A stretch of DNA of 64,000 nt from the human T2T-CHM13v2.0 reference genome, Homo sapiens (GCF_009914755.1 NC_060927.1); one strand, 5' to 3'; positions 38,610 to 55,131 are shown, counted from the first letter of the stretch. The notes: generated by a model not told the origin, from the sequence alone. Numbers and translations are program-made.

Positions 38610-39060
38610 CCAGATTCCCTAGCCTGACCTTCCACTATTAAAGTCCAGTCTCTTATCATTCCCCTGCACACATGCCATGTCCCAGGCAAATGAATTAGCC
38701 CCATTCTTCCCAAAGAATGTCTCATCTCTGAGCTTTTCCTCTTGCTGTTCCCTCCCCTGGATCACCACCACTGCAACCTGCCCAATCTTTCCATAGACAT
38801 CCTATTTTTCTTCAAGCTCCAGCTCAAACACAGGCTCCAAGCCAGACAGTGACCACACTCCTCTAGAACCACCAAAGCTTTTTACCTGCCACACATAAGG
38901 CATCTATCACTTTGTATCTGGTATCATAGCTACCTATAGATAGCAAATATCTATAGAAACTCCCCCCTTAGAGAGAATCATCTAATATTTGAATCTGGAT
39001 CTCCATATTTACCATTGTAGTGGACACTTCACACAGTGCCTGGCATATTATAGTCAATTA
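38610..39060 (+). mobile_element. L2 3' fragment
   Basis: CTTGCTGTTCCCTCCCCTGG, TCTTCAAGCTCCAGCTCAAA, ACAGTGCCTGGCATA. Confidence 0.6.
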
Positions 39061-39344
39061 ACAGCTAATAACATACAAATACATATTTTAGACGGAATCA
39101 TAAGGAAAAGTTAAATACAGTGTTAGGTGCACCTATTTTAAGCTCGGCATTCTGTCTCTGAAGTACAGACAGAGTACTACAGGAATACTACAGTAAGTCC
39201 TGTACAGATCCAGATTTTATTGTTGTGGGATACTGCCAAAGTATCCTTTGAAATGTTTACTCCAATTTAAATGCTTGTCATAAGGTTGGAAGAGAGCCTA
39301 GATCTCAACAATTTATGTTTATGTCTTACCTCTATTCTGTTCTC

Positions 39345-39966
<622 letters not shown>

Positions 39967-41129
39967 TCTAGAACGTCCCTGTGGGCAGAGGCTGCTTCTT
40001 TCAGCCCTGTACTCTCTACAGTTATTTACCCATTCAATGGGATTAAATGCAACAAGCATGTAAAAACCAAAGTGTTAAAGCACTAAACAGTGCTTACCAC
40101 ACAGGAGGGGTTCAATAACTGCCAGCTTCCTTTCCTTCACATGCAGTAGGCCCTCAATAAATGTTTCTTGGGTTGACTTTCCAAACTGGAAACAGTATTA
40201 TAGGATTAAGGCCATCAGGCTCCCTTTATTCTGCTCAGCAGAATAAAGCAATCTTGTCACCTTAATGTAGGTTCGTGGCACATTTTCCTGGCAGAAGAAT
40301 AATTACCCACCAATAAACTTTTCCAACTATTTGGAAATAGCAATTTCTCAGAATAAATAAACTATTATCCTGCTCTTCATCAATCCCAGTGAATCTGATT
40401 TTAAGCAAACCTGTAGGATTCATTTATCCCTGGCTGAACTAATAAAAGTGAATTTCTGAGTCCAGGAAGATAAAGAAAAGATCCAGTAAGATTGTCTTTC
40501 TAAACCAAGGAGCAGCCACCCTCAAGTCCATCTGGAAATGGCTGGTAAGACTGATTCTGCATTATAGAATCCTGTCTGCCCAGAGTCAGAGAGAAATGCA
40601 GCAATCAAGCTGTCTAAGCAGATACTTGGATATCCAAAGTATTAGAATTATTCTAATCTCAAAGAATTAGACAGAATAAAGAATTAGGAACACTAGAATA
40701 TTTTTATCATAATTGAATACTGTTTGAGGACTCAAACAGCATTTCAGAATTTCTTTTGCTCAAAGCAACATTACTGTTCGGGATGGCACCATAAAATTTG
40801 TAATTTAAACTTCCATGTCAGTTGAGCTTCTGTGTCGTTTAATTACTTACTCAAAATACAAATCAACATTTAAAGAAATATATTTTATATATAATAAATA
40901 TCACAAAATATCTCATCTGACAAAACTGCAACTAGAATAGGTAACATGGGAATTTCCTTATGAATTCTTATCTCTTATGCAAACATTCTAGCCAATCAAA
41001 TAGATCTTTCAATACGTGCAGTGCCTCCGTAGTGATGCCTCATGCTAACTAACTCCCTTCATTGGTAAGTTATCACTGCTTTAAACCTTCAGTCTCTGTC
41101 CATCCATTTCCTGTTAAATTCCTCCTAGA

Positions 41130-41262
41130 TTCACTCAATTCATCCAGCCAGCCATTCATTAAACAAATATTACTGAGTTCATATCTACAGTAGAGTGCTA
41201 GGCACCCAGCACACAACAGAGAGTCAACCAAACATGGTCCCTGCCCTGGAAAGCTTACAGTT
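41130..41262 (-). mobile_element. L2 3' end
   Basis: CATTCATTAAACAAATATTACTGAG...GTCCCTGCCCTGGAAAGCTTACAG. Confidence 0.7.
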
Positions 41263-42045
41263 GAATTCTCTTCCCAATCAATGCCCATTCTGCTTGTCCA
41301 CCTCTGGGCCCCTCTGTCTCTCAGGCTACATGCCTGTGCTGAAGTACCAACTAACAGGTAGCTGACCAGGGTTTTACCGAGTCTGTATGGTACATTAGGT
41401 GTCTGTAGGGCATGGTCATCTCTGTACAACACAGGCCTACTTTCTGGATTTGTTATGTTGGAATAGATTATCTACCCTGAGTATTTTCCCTTATTTTTGT
41501 GATCAAATTACTTTCTCTTGGCAATGCCTTCTTTTTTTTTCATTAAGTACCTGGGTGCCCCCAAGTGGATGATGGTTCTCTCACATTGCAAGAGCTGGTT
41601 GTACAAAATGCAGCACCCAAGAACTTCATGACCATATTATCAACCTAGGAGAAAAATGTTATGGATTTGTGCACCAAGAAAGGAATCTAAAATACATTTG
41701 CATATTTTATAACTCATTTGAATGTCATCATACCCAGAAAATAAAATTCAGGCCATTTTTCCCTTGTTAATATTCATGGTATGGTGTGGTATGTGTATGT
41801 GTGTTGGGGGCATGGTACAAACAAGGAAGGTTGATACAAGTTAAAGAACAGCCACCTTCTATGGAGCAGCAAGCATATTATCACTGAATTCTCATTTAGG
41901 AAAAGAAAATATTTTTTCCCTGGTAATTTAATGAAATTTAGATATTATTAGAACCAACTTGGTTTTTTTTAAGAAAAAAAAAATTAGAAAAATATTTTGT
42001 AAGAAAAAAAAAATTGTATGATTGTCAGCCTCAAGAAAAAAATTC

Positions 42046-42338
42046 AGCCGGGTGCAGCAGTGGCTCATGCCTATACTCCCAGCACTTTGGGAGGCTGAGG
42101 CTGGTGGATCACCTGGGATCAGGAGTTTGAGACCAGCCTGGCCAACATGGTGAAACCCCATTTCTACTAAAAATACAAAAATTAGCTGGGCATGGTGGTA
42201 CACGCCTGTAATCCCAGCTGCTCCAGAGAATCACTTGAGCCCGGGAGGTTGAGGTTGCTGTGAGCTGAGATCGCGTCATTGCACTCCAGCCTTGTGACAA
42301 GAGCAAAAATCCATCTCAAAAAAAAAAAAATAATAATA
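42046..42338 (+). mobile_element. AluS with a small right-arm deletion
   Basis: Dimer; CAGCTGCTCCAGAGAATC lacks the GGAGGCTGAGGC block. Confidence 0.92.
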
Positions 42339-43039
42339 AATTAACTTTTGTGTTTGTGAGTGCATCTGCACTTCTTTTTTTTTTTTTTTTTTTTTTGTAA
42401 AGACTGAAAGGAGTATTTCTGGGCTGGTAAACTGATGAGATGAATGACAGAGTGAGAAACAGGCTTATCAGTTTACCAACTGCTGAAAAAACCAAGCCAG
42501 GTTCACAAGGTAACAACAATACAGAGGTGATAGAAATAAATTTTTCCTTAATGCATGGGATTCCTGGATTACTCGTATACCTGCATTCATTCAGTTAGTG
42601 CTTCAATAAACCAAGCAGTTTGCCTCTGGTTTTCTAATATCCCGTCTCTCTATTAGCTTCCCAAATAAAAACTCAAGCCAAGAGACAATATAACAACAAA
42701 TAAAACAAGATAACAAACTTTTATTACACATTTGTTGAATTGTTTAAAAACTTTTCATGTTTCCTGAACACTCATCCAGGAAAGTACTGTCAAGATGATG
42801 ACGAAACTCAGTTTATTCCTGGACAAAAGAGCTTTGACACATCTGCTTGTGGTTATCTACGTTCATAAAAACACATCACTGTCATCAAAGGCTTAAGACA
42901 AAGAAAAGCATTTATTAAGTTCTGTCTATATATAGTACTTCAACTGCCAACTCTGGTAATTTGTTTGAGCTTAGATTCTCTGCGTCATGAGAGGAGTTGG
43001 TTTGCATCTGTTAATGAGACTGTTTTTTTGAATTGTATT

Positions 43040-43590
43040 CCTTTACTCCAATATGTATTGCATAACTACCCTGTGCTATGCACTCTGCTAGGCACTGAGA
43101 ATTCGAGGATGAATAAAACAGACATTGTCCTCAAAAAGCTGGCAAACTCATGGAGGAGGCAGTCTACATGGCCCAGCCAAAAGTCTACTGTGCACAAACA
43201 AAGCTGTGCAAACACAGAGGGGAACAGAAGTAATTCAGCATGCTAAGAAAATGGTGGTCAGGGCCAACTCACCAATGCACAGGATGTTTCTATCTACAGG
43301 CAGACAAGGGAGGAAGGGCATCCTATTCAAAGAGCTCCAAAGGAGAAAAGCACATGGCACGTTCTGGAACCAAAAAGCCCTGCAGAGGGCGTGGGACAGA
43401 GATGGATGTATGTACATTGCAAGGCTGGAAATAAAGTTGAAAAAAATGCATGGCAGCCACATACAGAAGGGTCTTGAATGACACTCTAAGGAGTTTCAGA
43501 TCCACTCTTGGGTGATGGGAAGTTCATGGAGGGATTTAAGCTGTAGAATAATGTAATCTAATTTATGCTTCAGAAAGATGGCTCTGTAAA
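43040..43590 (-). mobile_element. L2 3' fragment
   Basis: GCTAGGCACTGAGAATT...GATGAATAAAACAGAC...GGAGGGATTTAAGC...CAGAAAGATGGCTCTG. Confidence 0.7.
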
Positions 43591-44004
43591 ACTAGGTACA
43601 CGAAGTCAGCAGTATTCCTCAGATAAGAGCCCCTTTGGGCAGTGGCCAGAGTGGGAATATCTGTATACAAAAGACAAAAAAAAGGTACAAATGAGAAAAA
43701 AATATTTGTGCTATTAAAAACTTGGACATCTTTCCATTCATTTTAAAAGCAAATTTTAAGTGCTACTAACTTTGATGAGTTCACAATGGCTGATGACCCT
43801 CAAATTCTTCACTTACTCTTCACTGTCTATGACAGAGGAGAATAAAGCAGAAAACAAAACAAAACAAAATGCATTAATACCAGTTCCTGATTTTAGCCGA
43901 TAATGGTAGCATCACTCACTTGCTGCCAGATATCAGAATGAAGAAATACTAACTGCTGTTTTTACCTATGTCTCTCTCTTCATGACTACTAAATAATAGT
44001 ATGT

Positions 44005-44507
44005 GATGTGGCTGGGCTGAACCACATTGCCCAGAATTCCCCTTCTTGTAGGCTTCCACGTAGGGTCAAAGGATATTCTCTCCTAAGAGGTGGGGAAAAG
44101 AAAGGAGACAGCAACATTTTGCAGCATGCATGTACACACATGCCTTTACCTAGTTATTCAATCAAGTACTAATCTACTGCTGCTGTGAAGGGATTTTGCA
44201 GATGTAAGGTATGTAATCAGTTGATTTTAGTTAGTCAAAAGGGAGATTATCCTGAGTAGAACTGAGGTAATCAGCTGAAAGTCCTTTAAAAGAGGGCTTA
44301 GGCCCTCCCTGGATTCAGAGACTCCAAGCTTCAGCTCCACTCACAGGGATCCAGCCTGCTCATGGTCTACCTGCCTGACTGGTTGCCCTGTGGATTTCAA
44401 GCTTGTTTAGCCAGTCCCACAATTGAGGAAGCCAATTCCTTGTAATAAATCCCTTAATGCATGTAACCTACTAAGTCTGCATCTCTGGTAAACCCTGACT
44501 GATTCAT
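44005..44507 (+). mobile_element. MLT2 (ERVL) LTR piece(s)
   Basis: GCTGTGAAGGGATTTTGCAGATGT, GGGAGATTATCCT, GAAGCCAATTCCTTGTAATAAATC, terminus AACCCTGACTGATTCA. Confidence 0.75.
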
Positions 44508-44689
44508 GATGTTACGGTTATTACTGTTGTGAGGACACAGAGGAAGACCTCTTGGCGTGGAATCACCCAGAAAGACACTAAAGAATCTCACTCTTGTACT
44601 AGCTCTCTCCCAATCTCTTGCAATAATGGCCAGGAGAAGAGAAGATTGTGAGTTAATTTTTCAAAAAATGAGATTTATGATAATTTAGA

Positions 44690-45028
44690 GATGCACAGTG
44701 AGGTGTGGCTATGTTACTAAGCTCTGGCCAATGAGATGTAATTGGGAGTACTGGAATTATGAGACAGGGCCTGCAAAGGAAGCTGGCATGCTCCTCTTCC
44801 TCTATTCTCTGTCTGTAATGTAAATATGATGTTGAGAGCCCCAGCAGCCATCTCAGACAAGGGCCACATCCTGGAGGTGGCAGATTGGAGAGCTCTAGAG
44901 ACTGATGACTTCTAGAGCCGTCATGCCAGCTCCCAACGGACTACTTCTGGACTGTTTATACATGAGAAATAAAGCCACTACCTGGGGGCTCTGATACTTG
45001 TAGTGAAACACAATTCCTAACTGATATA
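44690..45028 (+). mobile_element. MLT1 (H/I/J-like) MaLR LTR
   Basis: CTGGCCAATGAGATGTAA, CCAGCAGCCATCT, terminus CAATTCCTAACTGATATA. Confidence 0.75.
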
Positions 45029-45858
45029 AGAATTGTTTTCTTTAGTCTTCCTATTCCCTTAGCAGTAGACTTTTACATCTAAGTTGCTACGTTATCAGGA
45101 ATAGCTGTATTTAATTTCACTGCTATGTACATAGGACACATTAAGTGTTTAAGAGGATTAGAGGAGACAGCCACAGTAAAAGCTTTTTCGTATTTCTCCA
45201 TGTTTCTGTGTTTTGGCAAAAGAATATGAGAACTTTTCATAGTCTGCAACAAATGCCTTCACAAAGCCACAAACTTTAATTCCCATGGAATAGAATTTCA
45301 TATGGCAAGCCCGTGGTTACATCCAAATCCACTTATTCAACAGATTTGTGCTGTAAAAAAACCTCACACTAGCCTATCTCTTTAGATAGGCTCTGTCTTT
45401 TCATGTTGGAGTCATCTAATTTTCCCCAAACCAACAACCCTTGCACATGTCTGGGGTATGTTTTTTTGCTGAATGCAAACCACATGGTCATTTCAAAGCC
45501 TATAATTCAGTTCAGGAGCACTGGGCTTTCTGGATGCTCGTGAACATAACCATCAAGAGTGACACACATTTCTGGCAGTCACCTTGCCAGCTCCAGCTCT
45601 ATTGTGTCTCTATATCACGGTGAAAAACTGCCTGACACACTAGGCAGCTGACATGTGTAGGGAAAAAAATATCAGGCCTGTGACCAAGGGGAAAATGAAG
45701 TGATTAATATGGAAAACACAACAAGAAACATCAAACAGGAAAAAGCTGACACTTCCTATTCCTTTAGCTTCAAGTAAATGTGTTTTCTCCTCACACTGAC
45801 TGTAAAAGGCTGGATCGAAGTATTGACATGATATAAACGTGTCAGATGTCTTCCTCAC

Positions 45859-45953
45859 CTGGGGCCATTCATAATACTGAAGAGTCTTTCACTCCTTTTT
45901 TTTTGTTTTGTTTTAGAGGGAGGGAGGGAGGTGAGGTTAACGTAATCATAACC
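45859..45953 (-). other. Candidate 95-nt internal exon of a minus-strand transcript
   Basis: On the minus strand: acceptor TTTATGTTTTCAG|G and donor CCCCAG|GTGAGG, in non-repeat sequence. No transcript evidence available. Confidence 0.3.
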
Positions 45954-47607
45954 CTGAAAACATAAACTTGGGAAACTATAAGCATAAACACAATGGGCCG
46001 AAGTGTTCCCAGTGTGAGTCACCACTGTTGTGCCCCAGCTCCTTTGTTCCTGCCATTTCCTTCCTTTCAGAGTTCCGGAACGTTCCTCTCTGGCTGGCCT
46101 GGCTCCCTTTCCCAACACCATCCCTTAAACACTGGTGTTCTTCAGGCTTCTGAACTCGACCTAGTCTACCTGTAGACTGTGTCTCCTCATTCTATGTCCT
46201 CACAGGGAGGTGAGTCTCATAGATACTCATTCATACCCACAGCTTTACTACTCCCAATGCCACCATTCCTTTCTTCTCTTTCTCCTGAAGGCCCAGTGCC
46301 TAGTGAACTGTCCTACCAGTATCTATTTCATCAAGTCCCAAACTGAACATAGTCATGCTTTTCTACCTTGCATCTCAATTCCATCCTCTTTCCCTGTCTC
46401 ACAGCCCAGCCACATATGCACCCTGTACCTCCGTTATTGGCCCCATCATGCACCCAGGGGCCAGTTCCATCCTCTTATCTATTCCACCTTATTTCATATA
46501 CTAAGAGTAGTGGGGGCTGGGTGGCCCCAAATGAGATTCTTATATTCTGGGAATGCAGATGGATCAGGGGCCCCTGGCCATCCATCAGGCATTCAGTACC
46601 ACACCAGCTGATCTGCAAGGTGAGAAGGGGGCCCTCAGACACGAAGGTCTCGCTGAGCAAACCAGGGGACAAACCAGGAGAAGGAAGAGGGCCTGTTTCC
46701 CTGCCCAGCCCCAGACTGGCTGAGGCTGATGGAGCAAGTAGCTGCAGGAAGAAGTGGAGAGGATTGTCTTTCCCCCTGCCTCTGTGAGTCACAGAGAAAC
46801 ACAGTAAATTTAGGCTCCTGGTGACAAAAGGAGTCAAGGACATTTCTGCAGGGCACATACCAGGTTCCAGCATCTTTCTAGAGCCCCACCCTCCCCCCAG
46901 ATTTGCAAACTTGAAAAAAACAAGTCCTGGCATGTGACTCCTTTTGGCATAAATCCTCTTCAGGAGGACACCAGCTATGGCTGAGGTGGAGCCTCACACA
47001 CAAAGCCCTTTGGCCCACGGTCATCAACAAGGAAGCCAAAGCGGAAGACTCCCCAAGGAAGTGGGGCTCTCAAAACACATGTGAGACAATGCCAAGATAC
47101 CACCAGGAATACCTGAAGGAGACTTGCATTGAAGGTCCTACGGATCCACGTGGGAACACAAACCAGTGAAATTTGCGTGATCTCCACTGACTAGACATCA
47201 TTTGAACCCTCATGCTGGCAGGGTCTGAAGACATTTCGTAATCTGTCTCCACTTTTGATCCCTACTGTAGCTCCCCTACAAAACATTTCTACAGATTGCT
47301 ACCAAGGTAATCTTCTAAAATTATAACTCCAGTGGTATTCTGGGCTGGCTCATATAGGCTCCTGAGAGCAGACTGGGAAATTTTCATCAAGATTGGGAAA
47401 TTTTCAGCAATTTTGTGAGTCAGTTGTTAAACACATAAATCATTAAAAATTAAAATATTAAAAATTGAAGTTACTAAAAATTAAATTATATAAACTTACA
47501 ATAAATTATATTAAAGCAAAAGTTCTCCATTTATCACTTCTTTATTACTTTTCTATATTTTAATAATGTCTATTGTCTTGAGGTTACTTATGCCTATTTT
47601 ATGTGTA

Positions 47608-48557
<950 letters not shown>

Positions 48558-49229
48558 GATGTGAAAAGACTACATAATGTTGTGTTGTGCTTCTACCGTG
48601 CATCTTTTCCCAATTCACCATAACTTGATACTGGCCATGATGAGGGTAGTTTCATACTGAAATTGACAAACACTATAATCACATCGTTTCTGTTTTGCTA
48701 ATTGTCTAGGCCTTAGGAGGTGATAGAGAAAATGTTAATAAAATGCCTGGTGCTTGTAGTAGTTACATCGTGAATAAAACAAAAAACTGAGGAAATATTC
48801 CTCTAGTATTAAAAAAAAAAGTACTGGACAATTCATAAAGAAGATGTTCCCTGAACAAGTAAAGTTTTGGGATACACCTTTGCTGCTTCACTTTCAAATT
48901 ATACAATAATATAAAAAGAAAATATCAATATGTTCTTTCATCAATTGTAACCATGACTAGGCTATGGATACAAGAGTTCAAAAAAAACCAACAGAAATCT
49001 GTCTAAATCAATTAGCTATATAGATTTAATGATAAAGAGTATTTTATTACTACTTGTAATTGTGTGCAACACATCTTTTGTATCAGTACAATTTATAATA
49101 GACATATGCGCATGCACATTTTCTGGAGAGCTGGTTGTTAAACACTTACAAGCACACCATTATATCATTCTGATTAGGTGTTCCTTTGTTTAAAATCTCT
49201 CAATAGCTCCCTTCATTGGCCTCCTTTTA

Positions 49230-49720
49230 CGGACTACTTCAAATCCTCTCAAACTTGCTTCTTATTCCTGCATTGCCATCGCAACCAGTTCCATGAAGAA
49301 TTTAACCAGCTTCACACAAGTGCAAACTGACAGGCCCACTCACCCCTAGACTCCTCTGTTGCTGTTTCATGTGTCGCCCATGGGAACCTGGCAGTCATAC
49401 ATGTGCAATCCAGAAGTGGGGCCGCCTTTATTCAATGGGAGACAAGAAACATGGATAAAAGCTTCTCCCTTTTTTTCTCTACATAAACTGTGCTGAGTGC
49501 ATTTCATAAAACTTCTCAGATAATCTCTTGGAATAAAGCAACCAGCTGCCTATAGCAATGATGCTCCAATATTGCTTCCTTGTATTACCATTGCCTCCTT
49601 CCCTAGATGACTGTCTCTGGTCTTTCACCCCTGCTCCCTGGATGCCATTCCCAATTAAACCACCTGGCACAAATCTCTGCACAAGACACCACCTATCATC
49701 ATAGGGTGGGTCCAGGCTCC
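49230..49720 (+). mobile_element. LTR16-like (ERVL) LTR
   Basis: GCAATCCAGAAGTG, TCACCCCTGCTCCCTGG...TTCCCAATTAAACCACCTG. Confidence 0.6.
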
Positions 49721-50799
49721 TCATCTTAGGAGAAATGGCCCTCTGAAACAAGGCCTCCACCTGCCATTCCTGCTTAATTTCCTAGCACATCACACCCAGT
49801 CACAAAGAACACACATACTCTTACCCATTTCTTGTGTTTTACTCATGCTATTCCCTCTGCTTAGAATTCTTCCCAAAAGGGTGTTCAGAGAGTTCTAAAA
49901 CTTTGTAATTTAGTACAACCTCAATATTACAAAGGAGAAAATTGAGGCCCAGAATGGAAAGGTCTGGCCCAAGGTTTTCAATAGTTAATTTAGATAGAGC
50001 TAAACACTGTGCTACTTTTTATGGGCTTCTGCTTCTAGTCCCTAAAGTGTCCATGAATATCTCTATTCTAGTTTTGAGAGTCTACTGAATTAAATGTGTT
50101 TCCTCTTTCTACTTCCTAGGATATATGGACTTCCATTTCCCTTTAAACTATTGCTCTTTATTGTCTGAGACATTGGTCTCTCCCAAAAGAACAGATAGTA
50201 ATTTACTCTTACCCAATGATTCAATCCAGTTCCCCAAACATTTGCTGTCCACTTTTTGTAAGTATTTACGATGAGTGCAGTGAAGAAGACGAAAATGAGT
50301 AAGATATGTCCCTTACCCAAAAGGAGTTTATGATCCAGTGGGAAAGACAGAGTTGTGTATAAATATCTCCATATATGGTGTGATTATTATGATGTAAGAA
50401 ATAGCCAAAGAGATGTTTAAATTACCTGCTGTACTTATTTAAAATATATACATAGAGCACATATCAAAAAAAGGTTGATATTCATAGTTTATAAAATGGG
50501 AGGAAGAGTAAGTCAACATACTAAGAAAACCATAGCAAAATGAAGAGCTGAGAAAGAAGACTATTTGCAGATGTAACTATTTCAGAGCTAATGATTGTCA
50601 TGGATCAACTAATCAACAAATATACGAATGCCTGTTATACATAAGCCATTAACTTTTTGTACTACTGTGTTCTATCATATTTCAGACAACCAAAAACCCT
50701 CAAACCCTTAATTACAATTACAAAGAAACCTTTAAGAGTATCTAGTCCACTCCTCTCCTGAAGAAACCAAGGCCCAGGAGGTTCTTTTTCTTATCCATT

Positions 50800-51495
50800 A
50801 TTTCTTCTGAGAGATCCAGCCATTACCAACACTCTTCACCAACAATTCAGACTTTGAATCCTCACTCTCCCTTGACTCTTCCCTCTCTCTCATTTTCAGG
50901 AACCAATCAACTACCAAATCTGTGGCTTCTGCTACAGATGCATCACATGACTGTATCCCTCCCATCTTCATGCTCTTCTTCAGCCTATCCTTGCTTCTGG
51001 ATGGGGCTGCCTCAATAATTCCTGATTCTCCCAAAATCACTCTTTCTCTTCCTGCACCATCCGTCGCAATGCCAGAGCTGCCCTTCTTAAGCATAGCTCT
51101 GATCATGCTTTTCCTTTGCTGCCAAACTCCAAAAACCAAGAACATGTTAGTTTAACTTTCCAGCCCTCTCATTCTTAATTCCACCTGTTCATGGTTGTTC
51201 CTCCCCTCACATCACCCTTACTCTCCACCTGTGTTAGGCTATACTCCCACTCCCATATACATTCTGCACTCTCCCTCCCAACAGTAGAGTGTCATCTCCA
51301 AAATGCCCTACCTGCCAAGGCTTCGAAATCCTGCTTAACCTTTCTGCTTCCATATGGCTTCTCCGATCTGTAGTTGTTCACTCATCTATTGCCCCACCTC
51401 TCCACACCCTGTTTCCCATTGCATGTTACTTGTACTTATTTCACAGCATTTAATCTTTGAATTGTGTTTACTGATGTGTCAGCTAAACCATTAGA
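50800..51495 (+). mobile_element. L2 fragment
   Basis: ATCCTCACTCTCCC...CCAATCAACTACCAAATC...TCTGATCATG. Confidence 0.6.
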
Positions 51496-51496
51496 T

Positions 51497-51681
51497 CAGT
51501 GACTCTCAAATTGTAGTCCCCAAACCAGCAGCATCAGCATTATCTCGGAGCTTGTTAGAATTGCAAATTCTCTGCCCAGCCCAGACCTACTGAATCAGAA
51601 ACTCTAGGGTGAGGCCCAGCCCTCTGTGTTCTCCTGAGCCCTCCAGGGATTCTGGTGCACAGTAGAGTGTGAGAACCACTG
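51497..51681. mobile_element. MER5A hAT MITE
   Basis: CAGTGACTCTCAAA...CCAGACCTACTGAATCAGAAACTCT...TGAGAACCACTG; TSD CATTAGAT / CACTAGAC. Confidence 0.9.
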
Positions 51682-53182
51682 CACTAGACCATGAATCCCC
51701 AGAGGGCAGTTGCTCCCAGGATAATTTCAGAGGCAAACTTAGAAGGTTGTCTTTAAAAAAAAAATACTATAGCATATTATGGACATTTTTCTTCTGAATA
51801 CATATTTTTAAGTAAGCAGCTTTTGACCAAAATATATGCAAATATCCTAATAATATGAAAAAAGCTGGCATGTATTAATGTGAATGAAGTTTTCAAATTT
51901 CTCACTTGTTTATTTTGGGCCTCTTATTTAAAACTGACTGAAGTTGGCTAAATTCTTTGAGGGTTAATTTTTTTTTCCCTCAATCTTTAGAATTTTTTAG
52001 AGACTTATTACTCCCTAAGTGCCATTTTTCCTTGTAAGTTTCACGATGGCTGTCCTGTGAGGATAATTTTCAAACTCATTTTCCATTTTTCTATGACTCA
52101 TCTGTGAAACAATAGATAACAGTTAAGTGTCACTGACCCTTAAAATGTGAAACCTAAAGAAACATTAAAGGGAAGGAAAAAATTCTCAGGCCACTGAATC
52201 CAGGTAACACCGCTACTTAAGTAAGATTGTCCTATTATATAACCAGCAATGGCAGGAAAGTGAGTCGGACAGGATCAAAGTAGACTGATTAAAATGCTGT
52301 GGGATACAGAACTAAATGATAAGGGAGTGCTCAGTGAATTACAATCACTTACACATTCTCTACTAAAGGAATTCTAAACCATTTTTGCATCACAGAGCAA
52401 AGGGTCTAGAGACCTTTCTAGGCTGGGGCTATGATACCTCCCTTGCTTCACATCAACTCTCCTACTCATCGAACATATGACCAATTTTAAATTATGGTCA
52501 AATTTTACAGACTCCTTGAGTCCTTGGCCCTAGGAAATCAGGCGTAAGGAAACTGTTGCTGTACAGAAGTCATCATATTAAGTGCTATGACTTAGAGAAT
52601 ATCAAGTAAATTGAGAAATAAATTCTAGGTGAAATCAGGTGACAGTGTCAATAATGGTCACTAGCATGAGAAAGAGAGAAAGACTGAGAATTGAATTTTT
52701 GTTTTGAATTTTTGGATCTTGCTTTGGTTGTGTTAAAATAATTCTAATCAATTATGTGAAGTGCTTATTATGTATGCTTAACTTGTGCTTAATTACAACA
52801 ATGTCTTCTCAACATGTTCCAAATTAATATTGTTATCCTTTATTTGATTGCAACAGAAAACTCTTCAGGTCTGTCTAGCCAGGTCCCAAGGCCCAGCTCT
52901 GGACATATTACCTGACCGTCCTGAGAGCTAAGCCACACACAGGCCCAAAAGAACTTGGCCATTAGAGAGTCAGCCATGCTGGGATGGGCCTCACACTCTT
53001 TTTTAGGAGGACTGTGTCCTCAGTCAGGCATCGGAGCACAAAGGTTTCATGGGTAGCCTACCGCACACTAAGCCACTAACCAACACCTGATTTGGGGGCA
53101 TCATTCTGGTCCCTTCGACCAGATTATCTGGTCTCTGAGCATAATTGTCTGCCCACAACTTTCATTTAAAAAGAGGGACTCA

Positions 53183-53500
<318 letters not shown>

Positions 53501-53689
53501 AAGAAGGACTTGCCTGCAACTAAAACTACTTTCTAAAGTGTTTCTGTGTTTGTGAACTAGCACAGAAGTGAAACAAGACCACCTAAGTGTACTACTTTTC
53601 TATTTTAGACCAAAATTAATGACATACAAAAGAAAATCTATAACATTAAAGGAAGTAAAGGGAATGAAATCCTTTTAGGACATTTCCCC

Positions 53690-54320
53690 CTCTCTAGGAG
53701 GTACAGCATAACTCCCAAAAGTATGGGTTGTGCACAGTGACTTCTTTCCAAAGAGTACAGTGTGGAGAGGGAGGAAAAAAGTAACTTTACAATGGAAAAC
53801 ATTACACACACAACTTCAGTGAGGTGATCAAAGTGGACATCACCAGTGATAAGTCATGCTGATAGTATGTACCCTTGATACGATGTAATAAATATGGTAT
53901 TTTACCTCTGTCCTCTCCCTCCCCAAACCCATCATCCCAATCTAATCCTGAGAAAAACATCATAAAAATCCCAACTGAGGGACATTCTACAGAATACCTA
54001 ACCAGTACCCCTCAAAACTATCAAGGTCATCAAAAACAAGGAAAGTCTGAGCAACCATGATAACCAAGGGAGCCCAAGGAGACACAACTATGAAATGCAG
54101 CATGGTATCCTGGGCAAGATACTGGAATAGAAAAAGGACATGGGAGAACATCTAAATAAATACAGGTTTTACTTAATAATGCATCTATATTTGTTCATTA
54201 ATTATAACAAATGTATCATATACCTATGTGAGATGTTAATAATAGAGGAAACTGTGTACTCCTTTGAAACTCGCTATAATAGCATCACAACTTTTCTGCA
54301 AATCTAAAACAAACATAATT
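53690..54320 (+). mobile_element. L1MD-like 3' UTR
   Basis: GTGACTTCTTTCCAAAGAGTACAG, GAGGGACATTCTACAGAATACCT, CAAAAACAAGGAAAGTCTGAG. Confidence 0.8.
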
Positions 54321-54324
54321 TTTA

Positions 54325-54645
<321 letters not shown>

Positions 54646-54772
54646 TAAAAGGCAAATATACAATAGTATGTTTTCTAAATGAGATGCTCTGATTAAATGT
54701 GGTATTTAGAGATGCTCCAGAAGTCTGCTGTCTACATCCCTGGACCCAATCTCTACTCCAATGCCAGCCACC

Positions 54773-55131
54773 TGTCTTAGTCCACTCAGGCTACTGTAAC
54801 AAAATACCATAGACTAGGTGGCTTATAAACAACAGAAACTTACTTCTCACAGTTCTGGGGGCTAGGAAGTCCAAGATCAAGGTGCTTGCAGATTTGGTGT
54901 CTGGTGAAGGCCTGCTTCCCCAGAGGCTGCCTTTTCACTAACCCGTCACTTAGTGAAGAGAGTCAGAGGTCCCTCTCTGGCCTCTTTTATAAAGGCACTA
55001 ATCTCATTGATGAGGGCAGAGCCACCATGGCCTAATCATCTCCTAAAGGCCTCACCTCCTAATACCATCACCCCTTGGGGTGAGGATTTCAACATATGAA
55101 TTTGAGGAAGACAAATATTCATACCACTGTA
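54773..55131 (-). mobile_element. MLT1A-type MaLR solo LTR
   Basis: TGTCTTAGTCC...AACAAAATACCATAGACTAGGTGGCTTATAAACAACAGAAA...GGATTTCAACATATGAATTT. Confidence 0.9.
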
